Shown: in pieces, positions 13,593 to 27,551 of the stretch
Numbering within the stretch: the first letter of the stretch is position 1
How the letters are laid out: the number at the start of each line of letters is the position of its first letter
Source: Squalus acanthias
Taxonomy: Eukaryota
Reading direction: 5' to 3'
NCBI GenBank assembly: GCA_030390025.1
Contig: CM059433.1
Location: 21,640,001 to 21,704,000, forward strand
DNA length: 64,000 bases
Position numbers and translations under genes: made by a program
Notes under the pieces: generated by a model
The model's database searches: none
What the model saw: only the letters and a program-made list of their open reading frames with translations
Told to the model about the DNA's origin: nothing

Positions 13593-13784
13593 GCTTTGAT
13601 CTGATGAAGTGCGAGGATCCAGGAATTCCTAATTACGGCTACAAGTTGCGGGATGGAGGGCACTTTGCTGACACTGCTATCTTGTATAGTTGCAACCCAG
13701 GATATACACTACATGGAAGCAGTACATTGATCTGCCTGAGTGGAGATCGCAGAGTATGGGACAACCCTTTGCCTTCGTGTATAG
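13593..13784 (+). CDS. CSMD1: CSMD1-like internal exon, Sushi/CCP domain (FDLMKCEDPGIPNYGYK...VWDNPLPSCI)
   Basis: Acceptor ttcttgttcacAG, donor GTaaaa; 192 nt, phase 1/1. CCP cysteine/tryptophan pattern. Peptide is closer to recalled human CSMD1 (FDLVKCEDPGIPNYGY...LSGDRRVWDKPLPSCI) than to CSMD2. Confidence 0.93.
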
Positions 13785-14236
13785 GTAAAATCAATGAAAA
13801 ATCTGAGCTTAGAAATTCCAATTGCTGATCTTACATATTATATTCTTCCGCACCACCCCGCCCCCAACCTCAGTTTAACACTGGGATCAATCCCTTTATT
13901 TTAAATAGGTGAACATCTTGTTAGTCGTAGTTTTGGGACCAATACTCCTGTAATGTTTTCCCGTTTTTCTAGTGAATAGCCGGCAAGCCAGCTGCGTGGG
14001 ACACCTGGTGCGCTTGCAGCTTACAGGGAACATTGTTTGGGTCTATATTTTACTTATTTCTCCCGTTGTTCAACCTTCTTGCGCCAATATTATTTCTTTT
14101 TCTCAGCATTTTAAAAACTTGGCTTCCCTTTAATCTTCATATTTCTAATGAAAACAATTTGGGATCTGTGAATCTCTATACATAGCTTACACAGCAAGAA
14201 GATCCCAGGTTCAATTCCTGGTGTGTGCTGAATTAG

Positions 14237-14590
14237 AACATAAGAACTTAAGAAATAGGAGCAGGAGTAGGCCATTCGGCTGCTCGAGCCTGCTCCACCA
14301 TTGAATAAGATCATGGCTGATCTTCTACCTCATCTCCACTTTCCTGCACTATCCCCAAATCCCTTGATTTCCTTAATATTCAAAAATCTATCGATCTCTA
14401 TCTTGAATATACTCAACGACTGAGCCTCCACAGCCCTCTGGGGTAGAGGATTCCAAAGATTCACCACCCTCTGAGTGAAGAATTTTCTCCTCATCTCAGT
14501 CTGAAATGGCTGACCCCTTATTCTGAGACTGTGACCCCTGGTTCTAGACTCCCCAGCCAGGGGAAACATCCTCCCTGCCAAGCCCTGTAA
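14237..14590 (-). mobile_element. CR1 3' fragment inserted into an old tRNA-derived SINE
   Basis: Reverse-strand CR1 tail; GAATTAGA on both sides (14230, 14591). Host has a B-box-like GGTTCAATTCC at about 14207. Confidence 0.85.
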
Positions 14591-15354
14591 GAATTAGACA
14601 ATCTCAGCCAGCACAGCAGTAGAGATGCTGTGGTAAATTTCGGCATCTGTGGACAAGTGAGGGGAAGAACGAACGGTTCCTGCTCCTGACAGTTACCCAC
14701 TAATGCTGGCTGCAAATTGTGTGTGTGTCAACTATGTCAGGTAAGGTTAGAATTGGGCTCAGCTGTGATTCTTCCCTAAGGTCAAACAATCTCTTGGCAT
14801 TTTCTTTCTAAACACACAGAGGAAGAATCGGGACTTGAGAGAGATAGCAGAGGGCAGCTAGTGCCAGTGGAACCATATCCCAGAATAGATCAATGGCTTC
14901 AGGAAGGGAAGGGGAAAAAAAGTCTTCACAAAAACTGCAGTTGCATCATATTTGCAACTCAATTGCATTTTGCTGTGAAGCTCATCAGTATTATTCTCTC
15001 CCTTTACCTCATTTGAAGTCATGACATTTAGTAGAGGTATTGGCTGTATCAGTGTATTAGCTGAAGCTCATCCACGGATGGCCAGAAAAGTAAGCTATTG
15101 AAGAAGTTGAGCAGATGTGGAACATTCGTAAAGTGTAAAGACAAGCACCTAAGCTGTGGTTACACGGCCAATTTCGCATTGACACAATGATTTTCAGTGT
15201 GCCAGGTTTGGGTGAGTGCAAAACTTTAAGGTAGACATAAGGAATGTTTAAAAGCGCCAGTGTTGGACCTCCTGGTAACTTCTTTGCATGGGATCTAGTT
15301 TAATATTGAGAGAAAACGGTTACTCCACCTGCACTCTCCTAATATTAAAATATT

Positions 15355-16098
15355 GGCCCGTCATTTCCGATAGGAGGCTTCCTGCGTGCGGATGCCTCCT
15401 ATTGGGAAACAATCTACGCCCTTACCTGAGGGCTCCCGAGGTCTGGCCAGTTCCGATCCTGGGCCTCTCCACGACGAAATGCGCAGGGCCCACGTATCCC
15501 AGGGGCGCAGGCGGTTCGCAAGCGTCCCTGGGATCACGTGGACCATGGGGAGCCAATGGGAGAAGGGAATCCCCCTTCACACTTTAGATAGACCTGTCAA
15601 AAGTGTGAATGGGGATAACTGAAAAAAATACATCAAAACATTAAATACATTTTAAAAAATCATCACGTTTTTAAAATGAGTTAAAATTACATTAAATTAA
15701 ATATTTTAAACAAAAATTAGATTTTTTGAAAACAATAATTCAAGTTTTTTACGAGGCTAAAAATAAACTTACCTTTTTAAATTATAAATGAGTGGAAAAC
15801 AAAATATTTTTTTTACTTTTTTTAGCTCTTACGCTGGTAAAAGCAGGCCTCACGCCTTTTACCAGGCGTAAGATTTCTAAGGGTTTTCAGCGGGTGGAGG
15901 TTCTGCAGAAAGCGGAACTCTCCCCTTGCAGAGGCCCTTCTCCAGGGCAGGCGTCCAATCTGTCAAGAGCATTCTTGACAGATCGAAAATGCCGGCTTTC
16001 AGCGCATGCGCTTTGTATGCCTGAAACCGCCATTTCCGATGTCCCTACGGGTGCGTACACAGCCCATACACACCCGTAGGCATCGGAAAATATGGGCC
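15355..16098. mobile_element. Hairpin-rich Harbinger-type MITE (family A, divergent copy)
   Basis: TIR GGCCCGTCATTTCCGAT / ATCGGAAAATATGGGCC; TSD ATT; 744 bp; same layout as 30819-31560. Confidence 0.8.
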
Positions 16099-17521
16099 AT
16101 TAATATTATCCGTTGCGGGAACAGAGCTCAGTGTGACAGTGGCTGAGCGTGTGACCTGCAGTGAGGCATTGTTGGTAGAATAACTATGGTCTACTGACTG
16201 TACATCGCACCCCACCGATACTCGAGTATAACTGCAGCTTTACTTTGGCTGTTCAAAAAGGTTATTAGTGTAATTTTTCCAGCCCAACTAACGAAAATGG
16301 CCATCTGGATAGTGCCTGAACTCAAGCCCCCAATAATTCCCTCAACTTTACAAACCTAATTTAAAAATCCATGTCTTTCCTCTTGGGCACATCATACATG
16401 CACACCAGCTATCCATATGGTCACTTGGGTGGCTACAGTTATAGCCAGAACCTGCCTGAAACTCATGTTAATTGCACATAAAAAATAGTTGGCAGCTGCA
16501 CACCCCTGCAAGGAGAAATCCCTTTGTTGTGCCATGTTAGCTATATTAAAACTAGAAATTTCATTGAGGAAAGGAAAGACATGGGGCCTAGTGTGAACTG
16601 AATGTACCTGCTGCTGCTGGATGGAGGGCCAAAACTGGGGAAAACGCTGCTCCAGGAAAGTGCATTTACTTCATATTTGAAATGTATGTAGCCTGCAAGT
16701 AATCTTCAGTATTACTGTAATAATTTTAGGGTTTGGTGTGAGTTATTTTCTTGGGTTCACTGCTCACTTCCATAAGTGGTCCTTACATGCCCTATGATCT
16801 GGAGTGCACCAGTTACTGCCCAATATCTAGTTAAATGATAGCATGACCTTGGGGTTATAAAAGAGAACCCTTACTTTGCCTACCCGCTACCGAAATGTCA
16901 CAGGTGTCACCGCACGTGTTCTCTCTCTATGGAGCCAGACTGAGAAACATTCTACTGAGACAAGGCCCAACACCTAGATAACAATTGGTTTATTTTACAA
17001 AAAATACATGAACGAACAGTGTACCGATTTAACTGTGAGAATGGTCACTTTTCTTACAGTCCTCATTTGTGGAAAATAAGAAAGACTCAACTTTACTAAC
17101 GTAGACTCACTTTTCATGCTAAGTTATTCAAAGCAGACTATGCAGAATTGTTCAGGAGGTAACCGTGCTCGACAAGTGACATGTCAACTTGCTAAGAATG
17201 TTGAGCAGCTCAGCTTACACATGGCCAGAAGAGATAGCAGCCTCTCCATCCAGCAGCAGTGTTTCTATTTCAGCTGGAGGCATTGCATCTAATTTAACTG
17301 AAAATGCATTCACACCCTATAAATGTTACATATGGAGTGTAGACTGCATTTCAAGGCCTGAACTGATTCTGAAGCAAAGCAGATTAAGGGAGGCTCACTT
17401 CAGGTATCTGTTCGAGCCCTGACTTTGGCTTCAGATTGCACTTCCACAATAACTGCAGCATTGGTACAAAGTGTAGCTGCTTCACACCAATGCTGCTAGG
17501 TGTACTGGGACTACACTCTTC

Positions 17522-18366
17522 GGGCTGGCTTTTACTCACCGAGACGCGTTGGGGGTGGGACTGCTGCCTGCCGGGTTCTAGTCCCGTCCCCAGCGCCATC
17601 TGACGAACTGACGCTATTTTCCCCTGATTGGCCTTGTTAAGCCCACCCTGCGGGCTTGCCGGCCAATTAAGGGAAAGCCGGTGTCAGATGACGTCAGTGA
17701 ATGATGCTTCATCTGCCAGTTTTGTTAAAGTGACAGGCCCCCTAATTTTTTGACAGATGAATTGTCAGTGTTTGACAGCACTGAGGTGCTGTCAAACACT
17801 GACAATCACTGTCCAAAGGTGAGCCCTTGTACCCAGGCTCACCAATGACTCTCTCCTTAGGAGAAAACAGATGGCAGTTGCATGTGAGATTGCAGAAGCC
17901 ATCTATCAATTCTCCTGATTAGATGAGGCTTCACAGAAACATCAAATCTTGTCACCTGCAGATACATATAAACAGAATAAAAATATTTCTCACTACATTC
18001 TCTCAACTCTCATACTTACCTGTGCACCATTGCACCCATCACACTACCTCTGCAGCTGTCATTTGCACACTTACACTGCAGCAGACCCACAGCTTGCCTT
18101 GCTGACCCTGGCGGGGTTTTCCGCCATTGGGAAGCCCGCATCAGCGGGCAGAAAATGGGAAAAAGCCTCTTAACAGGCAGTTAATTGACTCTAATCCCCT
18201 TCCCGCCGCTAGGAGACGGGTCCCTGCGTGAGTCGGGCACCCGCCTCCCGGGAAGATGGTTCGGAGATGGGTTGGGAGCGGGGTTGGGACCCGCTCCCAT
18301 TTTTTCCCATTTTCCCAGCAGTCCCGCCTCCAACCCTGCCTCCTCAGGGCTGGTAAAATCCAGCCC
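17522..18366. mobile_element. Non-autonomous Harbinger, short deletion derivative
   Basis: TIR GGGCTGG(C/A)TTTTAC; TSD TTC; left ~330 bp resembles the reverse complement of 37290-37618. Confidence 0.85.
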
Positions 18367-19286
18367 TTCGTGTTGCAACCAAAATCGGAGTTCCGATCAG
18401 CAGTAGCTCTACAGTGTAAAGGAATGCAGACCTGGCTGACAGTACTGCATGGTTGATAAATTAGGTCAAATATTTATTCTAAATTAATTAAATACTGTAA
18501 TTGAACCGCCTTGGGATGTTCTTTATGTTAAAGGTGCTATTTAAATGCAAAATGTTGCTCTAGTGATTTCCCATTAGCAGCCAGTCAATATTTTAAGCTG
18601 AGCAACAAGAACAAGAATTTTACTTTTTATTAAACCCACTGGTAGAAACGTCTGGAACTCTTCTAGAAATGCTTGAGTGTTGTTTTTTATTCTCATCACC
18701 AGTTGCTGCAATTTTACAGATACTGATCAACTTTTCAGGTTATTTATTACAGTTCACCAGAAAAATATTAATGTGCACGTAACACTTGAAATCCTGTTTT
18801 ACTTTATAATATTCTAATTTTTACTATCATATGTGGGCCAATATCTACGAGCTAGTTTAGTGTTATTTTGGTTGATATCAGCAGGTACCTAACTAAATGA
18901 AGCTTATCGTCAACATGAGCTTCACAGGACACATGCTAGTTTGTTAACCTGCTGTGTGGTTAGACTGACAAGATGTGGTTTCATGTCGTGAGTTCCTGAT
19001 CTTGGCCACTCTGTCATGAGTAGATGCTAAATAGTTCTTCAGTACAGGGAGAGAGGCAAATTTGGCAGGTAAATTGCTGCAGATAGTGCCCACATCAAGT
19101 GCCAGTTCTAGTGGCAGGTTAGCTGTAAACACCTTGCCAGTCTGATCCTTCAGCTGATGAATGGTGCTTGGCACTCAATAACGGGAGCAATTACTTAGAA
19201 CGGGGATGTGGTGAAAGAGGTTTTCTACGATTGTTACCAATAATCTAATCTATAATGTGTCAAAAGAGTAGCACTCGCAAGGTCAA

Positions 19287-19485
19287 AATAAAATCAGATA
19301 ATGATGGTGAAGTACAATGGGTCAGTCAGCATCTCATATAGAAAGCTGGGTCAATAGTTTGGGTGTGACCTTTCATCGGTATAGTTGAGTCCTGATGAAG
19401 GATCACACCTGAAATATTAACCTTTCTCTCACTTTTAGATGCTAATTGACAGTCTATGCATTCGTTGTTTGCTTTTTATTTTCAA
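19287..19485. repeat. Inverted pair of degraded Penelope-type termini with hammerhead cores
   Basis: Both arms resemble 40455-40590; + arm CTGATGA-AGGatcacaCCT-GAAA at 19392-19414. Confidence 0.6.
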
Positions 19486-19580
19486 AGTAAATCTAGACGA
19501 GGCGTGATGTGCATTTTTACTTGCCTCTCACTGTGAAGAATGTAATCACTGGAGTAATTTTATTTGTGTTCGTTTTTCAG

Positions 19581-19707
19581 CTGAGTGTGGAGGCCACTTT
19601 AAAAGTGCTACTGCTGGGAGGATTCTGTCCCCTGGGTACCCAGCACCATATGATCACAACATCCACTGCACTTGGATTATAACAGCTGATCCAGGGAAAA
19701 CAGTCAG
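19581..19707 (+). CDS. CSMD1: CSMD1-like internal exon, N-half of CUB domain (AECGGHFKSATAGRILSPGYPAPYDHNIHCTWIITADPGKTV)
   Basis: Acceptor cgtttttcAG, donor GTatgt; 127 nt, phase 1/2. In frame with the neighbouring exons; CUB motif ILSPGYP..Y...C.W.I. Not in the ORF track. Confidence 0.93.
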
Positions 19708-19999
19708 GTATGTCCTCTTCCTTCTGTATTGTGTTCAAGCTGCCCTGTATGGGAGTAGGGACACAATCTATCTCATAAAATACTATTTGTTTTGCCCCCG
19801 TATATCGTGGAAAACATTACATGATGAAGTGTAAATACGACAAACATAAATATCAAGGTGTTGGTTGAATCCGTTTCTGGTTGCTGTTGAAGTGAGACAT
19901 GTAGACTGACAAGGCAGGGTCGGGGAGGGGGAAAGCTACCAGGTAGGCAGTTAAATAGTTGCACAAATAAAATAGACTAACAAAAAGGAGAAAAGAAAA

Positions 20000-20240
20000 A
20001 AAGGAAGACTTGCATTTATATAGCATCTTTCACAACCTCAGGACACCCCAAAGCGGTTTCCAGCCAATGAAGTACCTTTGAAGTGTAGTCGCTGTTGTAA
20101 TGTAGGAAACGTGGCAGCCAATTTGTGCACAGCAAGCTCCCACAAACAGCAATGTGATAATGACCAGATAATCTGTTTTAGTGATGTTGATTGAAGGATA
20201 AGTATTGGCCAGGACACCGAGGCTAACTCCCCTGCTCTTA
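20000..20240 (-). mobile_element. DeuSINE (SacSINE1-like) 3' part
   Basis: Nearly identical to the SINE at 59232-60297; Deu-like core plus L2-type tail (TATATAAATGCAAGTCTT). Confidence 0.75.
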
Positions 20241-20909
20241 GGAGTATGATAGAGGCAGGCAAAAAATATGTGCAACAGAGACAGGGTGAGGGGAATACAT
20301 GTGACATAGAGACTGACAAGGAGGTATGTGACAGGTTGATCGAAAGGTATGTGACAAAGAGAGGGTCACAAAAGAGTGTTGTACAATGGGAGGCTCACAG
20401 AAAAGAGTGTGTTGGACACAGCAACGTAGTAATAATAAATGTCTAGTCATGTAGAAGTTGTAAACCTAGCTATATTAAATGATACGCTTCATGGCTTAAT
20501 TTTCCAACCTCCGAATTAATAGCCCACGGCTATTGAACTCCAGTGAATTATTTCGGCCTTTCATATCGGTGACGTCAATTATTAATTTTTTTTATCCACA
20601 ATGCCTGATTTATTATTTTATTAACTAAATTAATTAATTTAATTAACTTCCAATGTACTGTGCCAGATGCCTTGTGCAACAAAAAAGATTTGAGGATAGC
20701 CTAGAAATTATTATTAGTTCTCTATTTAGGGGTAAACTGTGGGTCACAAAAAGTTTTGGGGAGTAAGAAGACCTGCTGTTGTATTCACAATTTTGCTGTT
20801 TTCAGTCTGTGGGCTACATTGCCCATACAGCAATGAAAAGGAACAAACATTAATCCTCTTAATCAGCTGTGAACTGCAGTTAAGCACCTCAAATAGCATC
20901 GCGGGGAAA

Positions 20910-22244
20910 GGCCAGATGTTCATTCAGCAAATCTGCTGTAGAATTGGTTGAGTGAGGAAGGCCAGTTTTAAATGTCAGGCTCTTATGTGGGCAATTAGGT
21001 TTGGAGACACACAATTTAAAGGACTGCCAGTCACTCCCTCCTGTTTGTTCCCTCCCTCTGAAGCACCTGAGAAGCCTAGGAGGTGGCGAAAAGCAACAAT
21101 CAGCCGCCACAGTCCAGGCGTGGCTGACTCACATGAAGGGCCCTCACATTGCAGGACCCAGAGACGACTATCACAACGACTATCACCAGAATGCCAGCAG
21201 GCTGTCAGCAAAATCCTGTAGCTAGCCAGCACACCTCCTACTTCTACTGGGGAAATCACTAAGAAGAGGTTCTTGGTCGGGTGTTCAGACGTCACACTCA
21301 CATCAGTACAAATGGGAAGCACCATGCCAAATCACACTGAGGTCGTTCACACATTATTCAACATATTCAAAAGATTTTTTGCACTTGATTTGGGCTGAGA
21401 ATGTCTTATTGATTGTGTATAATAATACAGCACTACAGCAAAGGGTGAGCATTGATGGTAATGGAGGAAGTGTTTCTGAATGAGTTTTGAGCCAACATCT
21501 TTGGTACATGTTGACAGGAGGGTTCCTGAAGGAGAGAGCTCAGGGTCTGGGTTAAACGTATCTTTTATTAATGCCTGATGCACCAGCTTTACAAGCTGCA
21601 TTCATGGCTTAGGAGCTTTCTCCTTATTTTTACTGCCTCCTTCTTATGCTGGTTTACATTCCAGATTCTGCTTTTTCCTCCATGGTTAAGCCTCTATTCA
21701 GTGCAATGTGTGGAACATGGAGGACAGGACAATGATCCTGAAGACTATAGGCGGGTCGATAATGTGGCTCCTGATCTGCCCAAACTTTTGAAGTGCTGTT
21801 CCAAGATGTCAGTTGCATGTTTAATAATGATCCTGGTGGTTCCTGATGTGTTCATTGCATCAGCACTCAGGGTCTACCTTTGGCCACCACAATGGTGTCA
21901 TTAGTTGGGGCTGAAGAGGGTAGCCTTAGTCCTCCAAAAGTCATCCTTACACTCTACATTCCCCTTCAAATAAGGCTGGTGTAGGTGATTGGCACTAAAT
22001 TAATGCATCATGGGAGCTGCTGGGGAACTGGGCATTAACCTGCATGATTTTCTTCTCGTGGTCTCACATCAGCAGGACATTGAAGAGTAGAATTCATATC
22101 GGCCAAGCATTATTGTGCAGGGGCCCAAATGGCCACATGGGTGCAATTAATCATCTTTTGCATTTGTGGGTAGCCAGAAGATGGAACTGTGCTGCGCTGT
22201 CCTGTTACTGCTGCTCAGTGGCAAATGATATGAAGTTTTTGGCC
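20910..22244. mobile_element. Old, decayed Harbinger remnant (transposase on -, probable Myb C-terminus on +)
   Basis: Degenerate TIRs GGCCAGATGTTCAT / ATGAAGTTTTTGGCC; internal transposase pseudogene (next entry). Ends approximate. Confidence 0.6.
21465..22153 (-). pseudogene. Harbinger (HARBI1-like, DDE_Tnp_4) transposase pseudogene
   Basis: Manual translation across frameshifts: INCTHVAIWAP...DHEKKIMQVNAQFPSSSHDALI...LLED*GYPLQPQLMTP...TTRIIIKHATDILEQHFKSLGRSG...LIQKHF. Matches the IDCTH / PGSSHDA / LLGDxGY / IExxxGxLKxRF motifs. Confidence 0.8.
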
Positions 22245-25200
22245 GTTTAAAATAAAAATCAGACACATCCTTGATGTATCTGTGGTACCAGTGGAATGTG
22301 AGCTAAGTGACACTGCAGATGTCCCCAGAATTAACCCCACCCCCTCCCCCAAAAGCATAAAAATTCAGACAGTGACGTTGATAACCACTGGCGGCACCAT
22401 CTAGATTACAGATGTTTGGAGGTTTTCATCTATGAAATCGTATAGTTTGGTCACTACCTTCCCACTAATCTGGAGCTTCCTAAGGCACTGCTCTTCAGCC
22501 AATCCCACGTAGCATACAGGCGGATCCAAAGAATACATCTTTTGTGTCGCTCTGGCACCTACCCATTTTCCTTTTTGCAGATGCTGAAGGACCTGAAGTA
22601 GGTCCAGGCTCCAGGTTTTTCTGTTTGAATTCTATTTTCACTAAGATCCTTATGTGCAGCACAGTGAGAAATGCTTAATCCTATCAGCATGAGCCGGATT
22701 CAAACTCAGGCCCCAGAAGTGGAAGGATGGTGTTTAAAGCATTACGTTACCTAATCCCCACATACACAGTTTTACACAGCATTTGAAACTATCAGAAAGG
22801 AAGATCTGTGAAGTACTCTATTATTAATCCCTCTTGCATTTAGTAACGTAAAATAAATACTAAGCTGACCACCCAGGAGCTTTCTCAATTTGCAACCCAA
22901 CAAGGATAGGGCCATTGATTTTCAACAAACTTATTTGACCAAAGACAAAACAAATGTTTGGTTATGGAGCACAGTTGAAGAGCGGCTTTTGATGTGTCTT
23001 TTGTGTGCTTACAATTTCTATGCCCTTGAAAACAAAAGAAGGCTTTCAGAGTCTGTGGGGGACTTCCGTCCTGATCCTCTCTTCCTCTCTGCCTTGAAAT
23101 GCTGAGCCTATGCTCAGTGCATTCCTGACATTATGGCTGAGGCAGGTGAATGCAGCAAATTTGTACCAGCAAATTTAAGAAGAAAGCTACAAATATGCCT
23201 CAGCATCCCTGAAGTCGGGAGCGGGGGAAATCCGTCAGTGCTACGGCTCCTGATTAATACCCAGTAACTAAAGGATTGCACTTGGCTGCAATGCCTCCAT
23301 AGTGGAGTTGTATAATGATGCTCACTTGAGTGAGGAACTAGAGACGAACTGTACACCAGGATGAGTCAAGGCCTACACAAGAAAAGAAGGGAGAGTTGGT
23401 GAAAATATAGTCACTTAAGTTGGAACTTGAAATAATGAAAATAAAAGGAGGTTCCAGCAACTGAACGGGACTTGAACGCAGTTCCAAGAGGTAAAAGGCC
23501 AGTATGGTTGAAGCAAGAAGCTCTAGATATTCCAATATGGTGGGAATCCAGCCATAACGATGGTGGAGTGAACTTCGCACCTGTACATCTCACCCCATCC
23601 TGGCCCCGGCCAATTATCCAGGGTCAGGCTTATTACCAGATTAAAAGCGGGCTATTGGCAGTATTCCTGGTGGGGCTGGGGACCTCACATCTTGTGGGAG
23701 CGGGAGTGGAGGAAAAATATCACTGCTGCAGGCCCTCGCTCACCCGCAGCAATGGATTGTGGCTGACAGCCACTGGGGCAGCTAAAGGAAAGTTTCAACA
23801 TTTTTAAATTACAGTCAATTGCTAGTGGGCGACTAAAGTTTAAAATGTACAACCCCCTCTGCTTCTTTAGCAGTACTAGATGCCAGAAATATAATGGCAT
23901 TGTTATTAATTTCAGATCTGCCTTAGATAGTCTCTGAGGTTCAGCATCGCTGGTCACTCCCGCTAGTAGATCCCATTTTATATGTTCGGTTGTTTGCCCA
24001 TACTGCCCAATATCTAACAGTAGGACCCCTTTGTGATCTGGACTGGACATTGTGCCCTCACGTGTGCTTCAATTTGTTGGTTAGCGGATCAGTGGAGGCA
24101 GAGGCAAAGGAGTTAACAGAATGCCTCCTCCTCCCTCCATTTCCTCTGGCTGCCAAGACCATGACCTATAAGGGGTGTAAACATCTCAGAAAATCCAGAT
24201 CAATCACACCCTGATCCGACTGCTGTTGAATCAAACCTTCCTACCTTTTGATTGAAGGGCTAATCCCCCCCTCACCACCACCCCACCCCACCCCACCCAC
24301 ATCTTCCCTCCATTTGGCTGCACTTTCCTTCCTGTTGATTGATATTTCTGAATGCATCAAGTAAAAATAGAACAATTTTGTTGTTTTTCAAAGTATAACT
24401 ATTGCAGACTTTAAAATAAATCACATTTAAAGTCATTCATATGTGATTCTATGAGTGTAGCTGGTTCAATATGTGAGCGCTGGAGGATTTTGCATTCCTT
24501 TCAATTCTGAAAGCTGGAAAGGTTTTTTTTTAATGGGAGTTTTTGGTGCTGATCAAGATGAGGGATAGATGATCGTTCTTGGAATAGAGCAGTTTTCGAT
24601 TTGAGTTACGCAAACCTAGATTTTCTGATAGGGAAGCAGTTAGTTAGAATAGTTAGAAGCAAGTTTTACAACATACTCAAATAGAAGACTGCTGTTTTAA
24701 CCAATTTCAAAGGTTAGCTCATTAACTTGTGCAAATTTGGATGGCTATAAGTGGTAGGAGCAGACAATTGTGAAATTTAAAAGGATAAGGGACAATTAAG
24801 GAGAAGTAGCAAAATAGAGTGAGAAAAACTCTGAAATCCTTGCAAAGTCTTAAAATGTATCTTAAACCATTGATGGACTTTGCAAAAGATGAAGGGGAGA
24901 CAAATATGAAATAACAGGTAAAAATGAAAGGAAAGGAAACTCAAAGTGCAGACATGAGGCTGCAGCCCAGTACCTGACCCTATATTTGATGACTACTAAA
25001 GAAGGATGATCTCCTTTGCTAACCACGGCACCATCCACATAAGTCAGCATGACTGCAAAGAAGTAGAGGCAGTTTCGAGGTTGGAACTGACTAGTATTGT
25101 CATTAACTGTGTCAGCCCTAAGGGCATAGCAGCTAGAAGTGATCTAAAAGCAGATGGTGCAACTGTGTATCTGGCTCTTGCTGACCTGGACCCAGTGAAG

Positions 25201-25780
25201 ACAGTTCCCCAGGGTCGTCACCAGGGGAGTGCAACAGTGCCCGCAGATATGGTTGGTAGCATTTTGGTTAGTGTAACCTGACATGTTTTCTTTTGTGCAG
25301 TACCACTGAAAACATGACCTTTGATGGAGGTGTTTTCAAGGAGGCATTCAACATTATAGTTATTCACATATCTTAGCAATGCTATCGGGTCTGCTGTCCC
25401 TGGTTACCTTGAGAATAGGAGCCTATGCCTGCACTAATCATCTGTCAAAGTGAAGTATTTTCACCTCTGTTTGCAGGTGTGGGCATATAGGTACTGGTGT
25501 GCAGCCTGATTTGCCTGGCATTCCTCCATTTGTTCCAACGATATCAGATAGAGAAATTCCCATTTGGAAGGCCATTAGTTAGGATAGTTGTACTGGGGAC
25601 AAAACTAAAACGATTGGCACAAAATGCCAGCAAAAAAAATAGAAAAATTAAAGAAAAGCAGTCAAGCAATATTAGTTAATTTGAAAGAAACTGGTCCACT
25701 GATGGTAAAGGGGAGCCGTAAAGGCAAGCTTTAGCTAGTCAGACAGTTAAACCCTCCTGCATGACAAACAGGAGAATTCT

Positions 25781-26686
25781 GGGGATGTTCGCTGATGACT
25801 GCGCAGTGTTCAGTTCCATTCGCAACTCCTCAGATAATGAACCAGTCCGTACCCGCATGCAGAAATACCTGGACGACATTTAGGCTTGGGCTGATAAGTG
25901 GCAAGTAACATTCATGCCACACAAGTGCCAGGCAATGACTATCTCCAACAAGAGAGCGTCTAATCACCATCCCTTGACATTCAACGGCATTTCCATCGCC
26001 GAATCCCCCACTATCAACATCCTGGGGGTCACCATTGACCAGAAACTTAACTGATCCAACCGCATAAATACTGTGCAAGAGCAGGTCAGAGGCTGGTTAT
26101 TCTGCAGTAAATGTCTCACCTCCTGACTCCCCAAAGCCTTTCCACCATCTACAAGGCACAAGTCAGGAGTGTGATGGAATACTCTCCACTTGCCTGGATG
26201 AGTGCAGCTCCAACAACACTCAAGAAGCTCGACACCATCCAGGACAAAGCAGCCCGCTTGATTGGCACCCCATCCACCACCTTAAACATTCACTCCCTCC
26301 ACCACCGGCGCACCGTGGCTGCAGTGTGTACCATCTACAAGATGCACTGCAGCAACTTGCCAAGGCTTCTTCGACAGCACCTCCCAAACACGCGACCTCT
26401 ACCACCTAGAAGGACAAGGGCAGCAGGCGCATGGGAACACCACCACCTACAAGTTCCCCTCCAAGTCACATACCATCCTGACTTGGAAATACATCGCCGC
26501 TCCTTCATCGTCGCTGGGTCAAAATCCTGGAACTCCCTCCCTAACAGCACTGTGGGAGTACCTTCACCACGCGGACTGCAGCGGTTCAAGAAGGCGGCTC
26601 ACCACCACCTTCTCGAGGGCAATTAGGGATGGGCAATAAATGCTGGCCTTGCCAGCGACGCCACATCCCAGGAATGAATAAAAACA
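25781..26686 (+). mobile_element. 5'-truncated CR1/L2-group LINE (Crack/Daphne-like), poly(A)-type end
   Basis: MFADD, LGVTID, TIYKAQVRSVMEYSPLAW, WNSLP; AATAAA and A-tail; AATTCT on both sides. Clade uncertain. Confidence 0.8.
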
Positions 26687-26975
26687 AATTCTTTCACAAG
26701 CAGCACTGCACAACAGTTTGGGTAATACACTGTTGTTACCTTAGGCATGTAGAAACTGGGTATAGAACAGTGCAGATCCAGATTAGTGCTGTTCTTTATG
26801 AGAAAAAAATAGCTCCTTGGAACAGGTAGTTGTTTAACCATGGCAATAAAATGGATAGCCTCTCCCACAGCTGTAAAACTGCTAAAAAATAAAGTGAGTC
26901 GGTGAACAGGATGAAAATGCTTGCTTTAGATTTCAGAGCAGCTTTGTAAATGTATGCTTTAATAATGGGATTTAA

Positions 26976-27551
<576 letters not shown>

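Noticed and set aside
13952..14036. hAT-like mini element (TAATGTTTTCC...GGGAACATTG)
   Set aside because: TIR is degenerate and no 8-bp TSD is visible.
22890..25300. Several short ORFs and GC-rich patches
   Set aside because: Probably old transposon debris, but no motif, TIR pair or TSD could be assigned with confidence.
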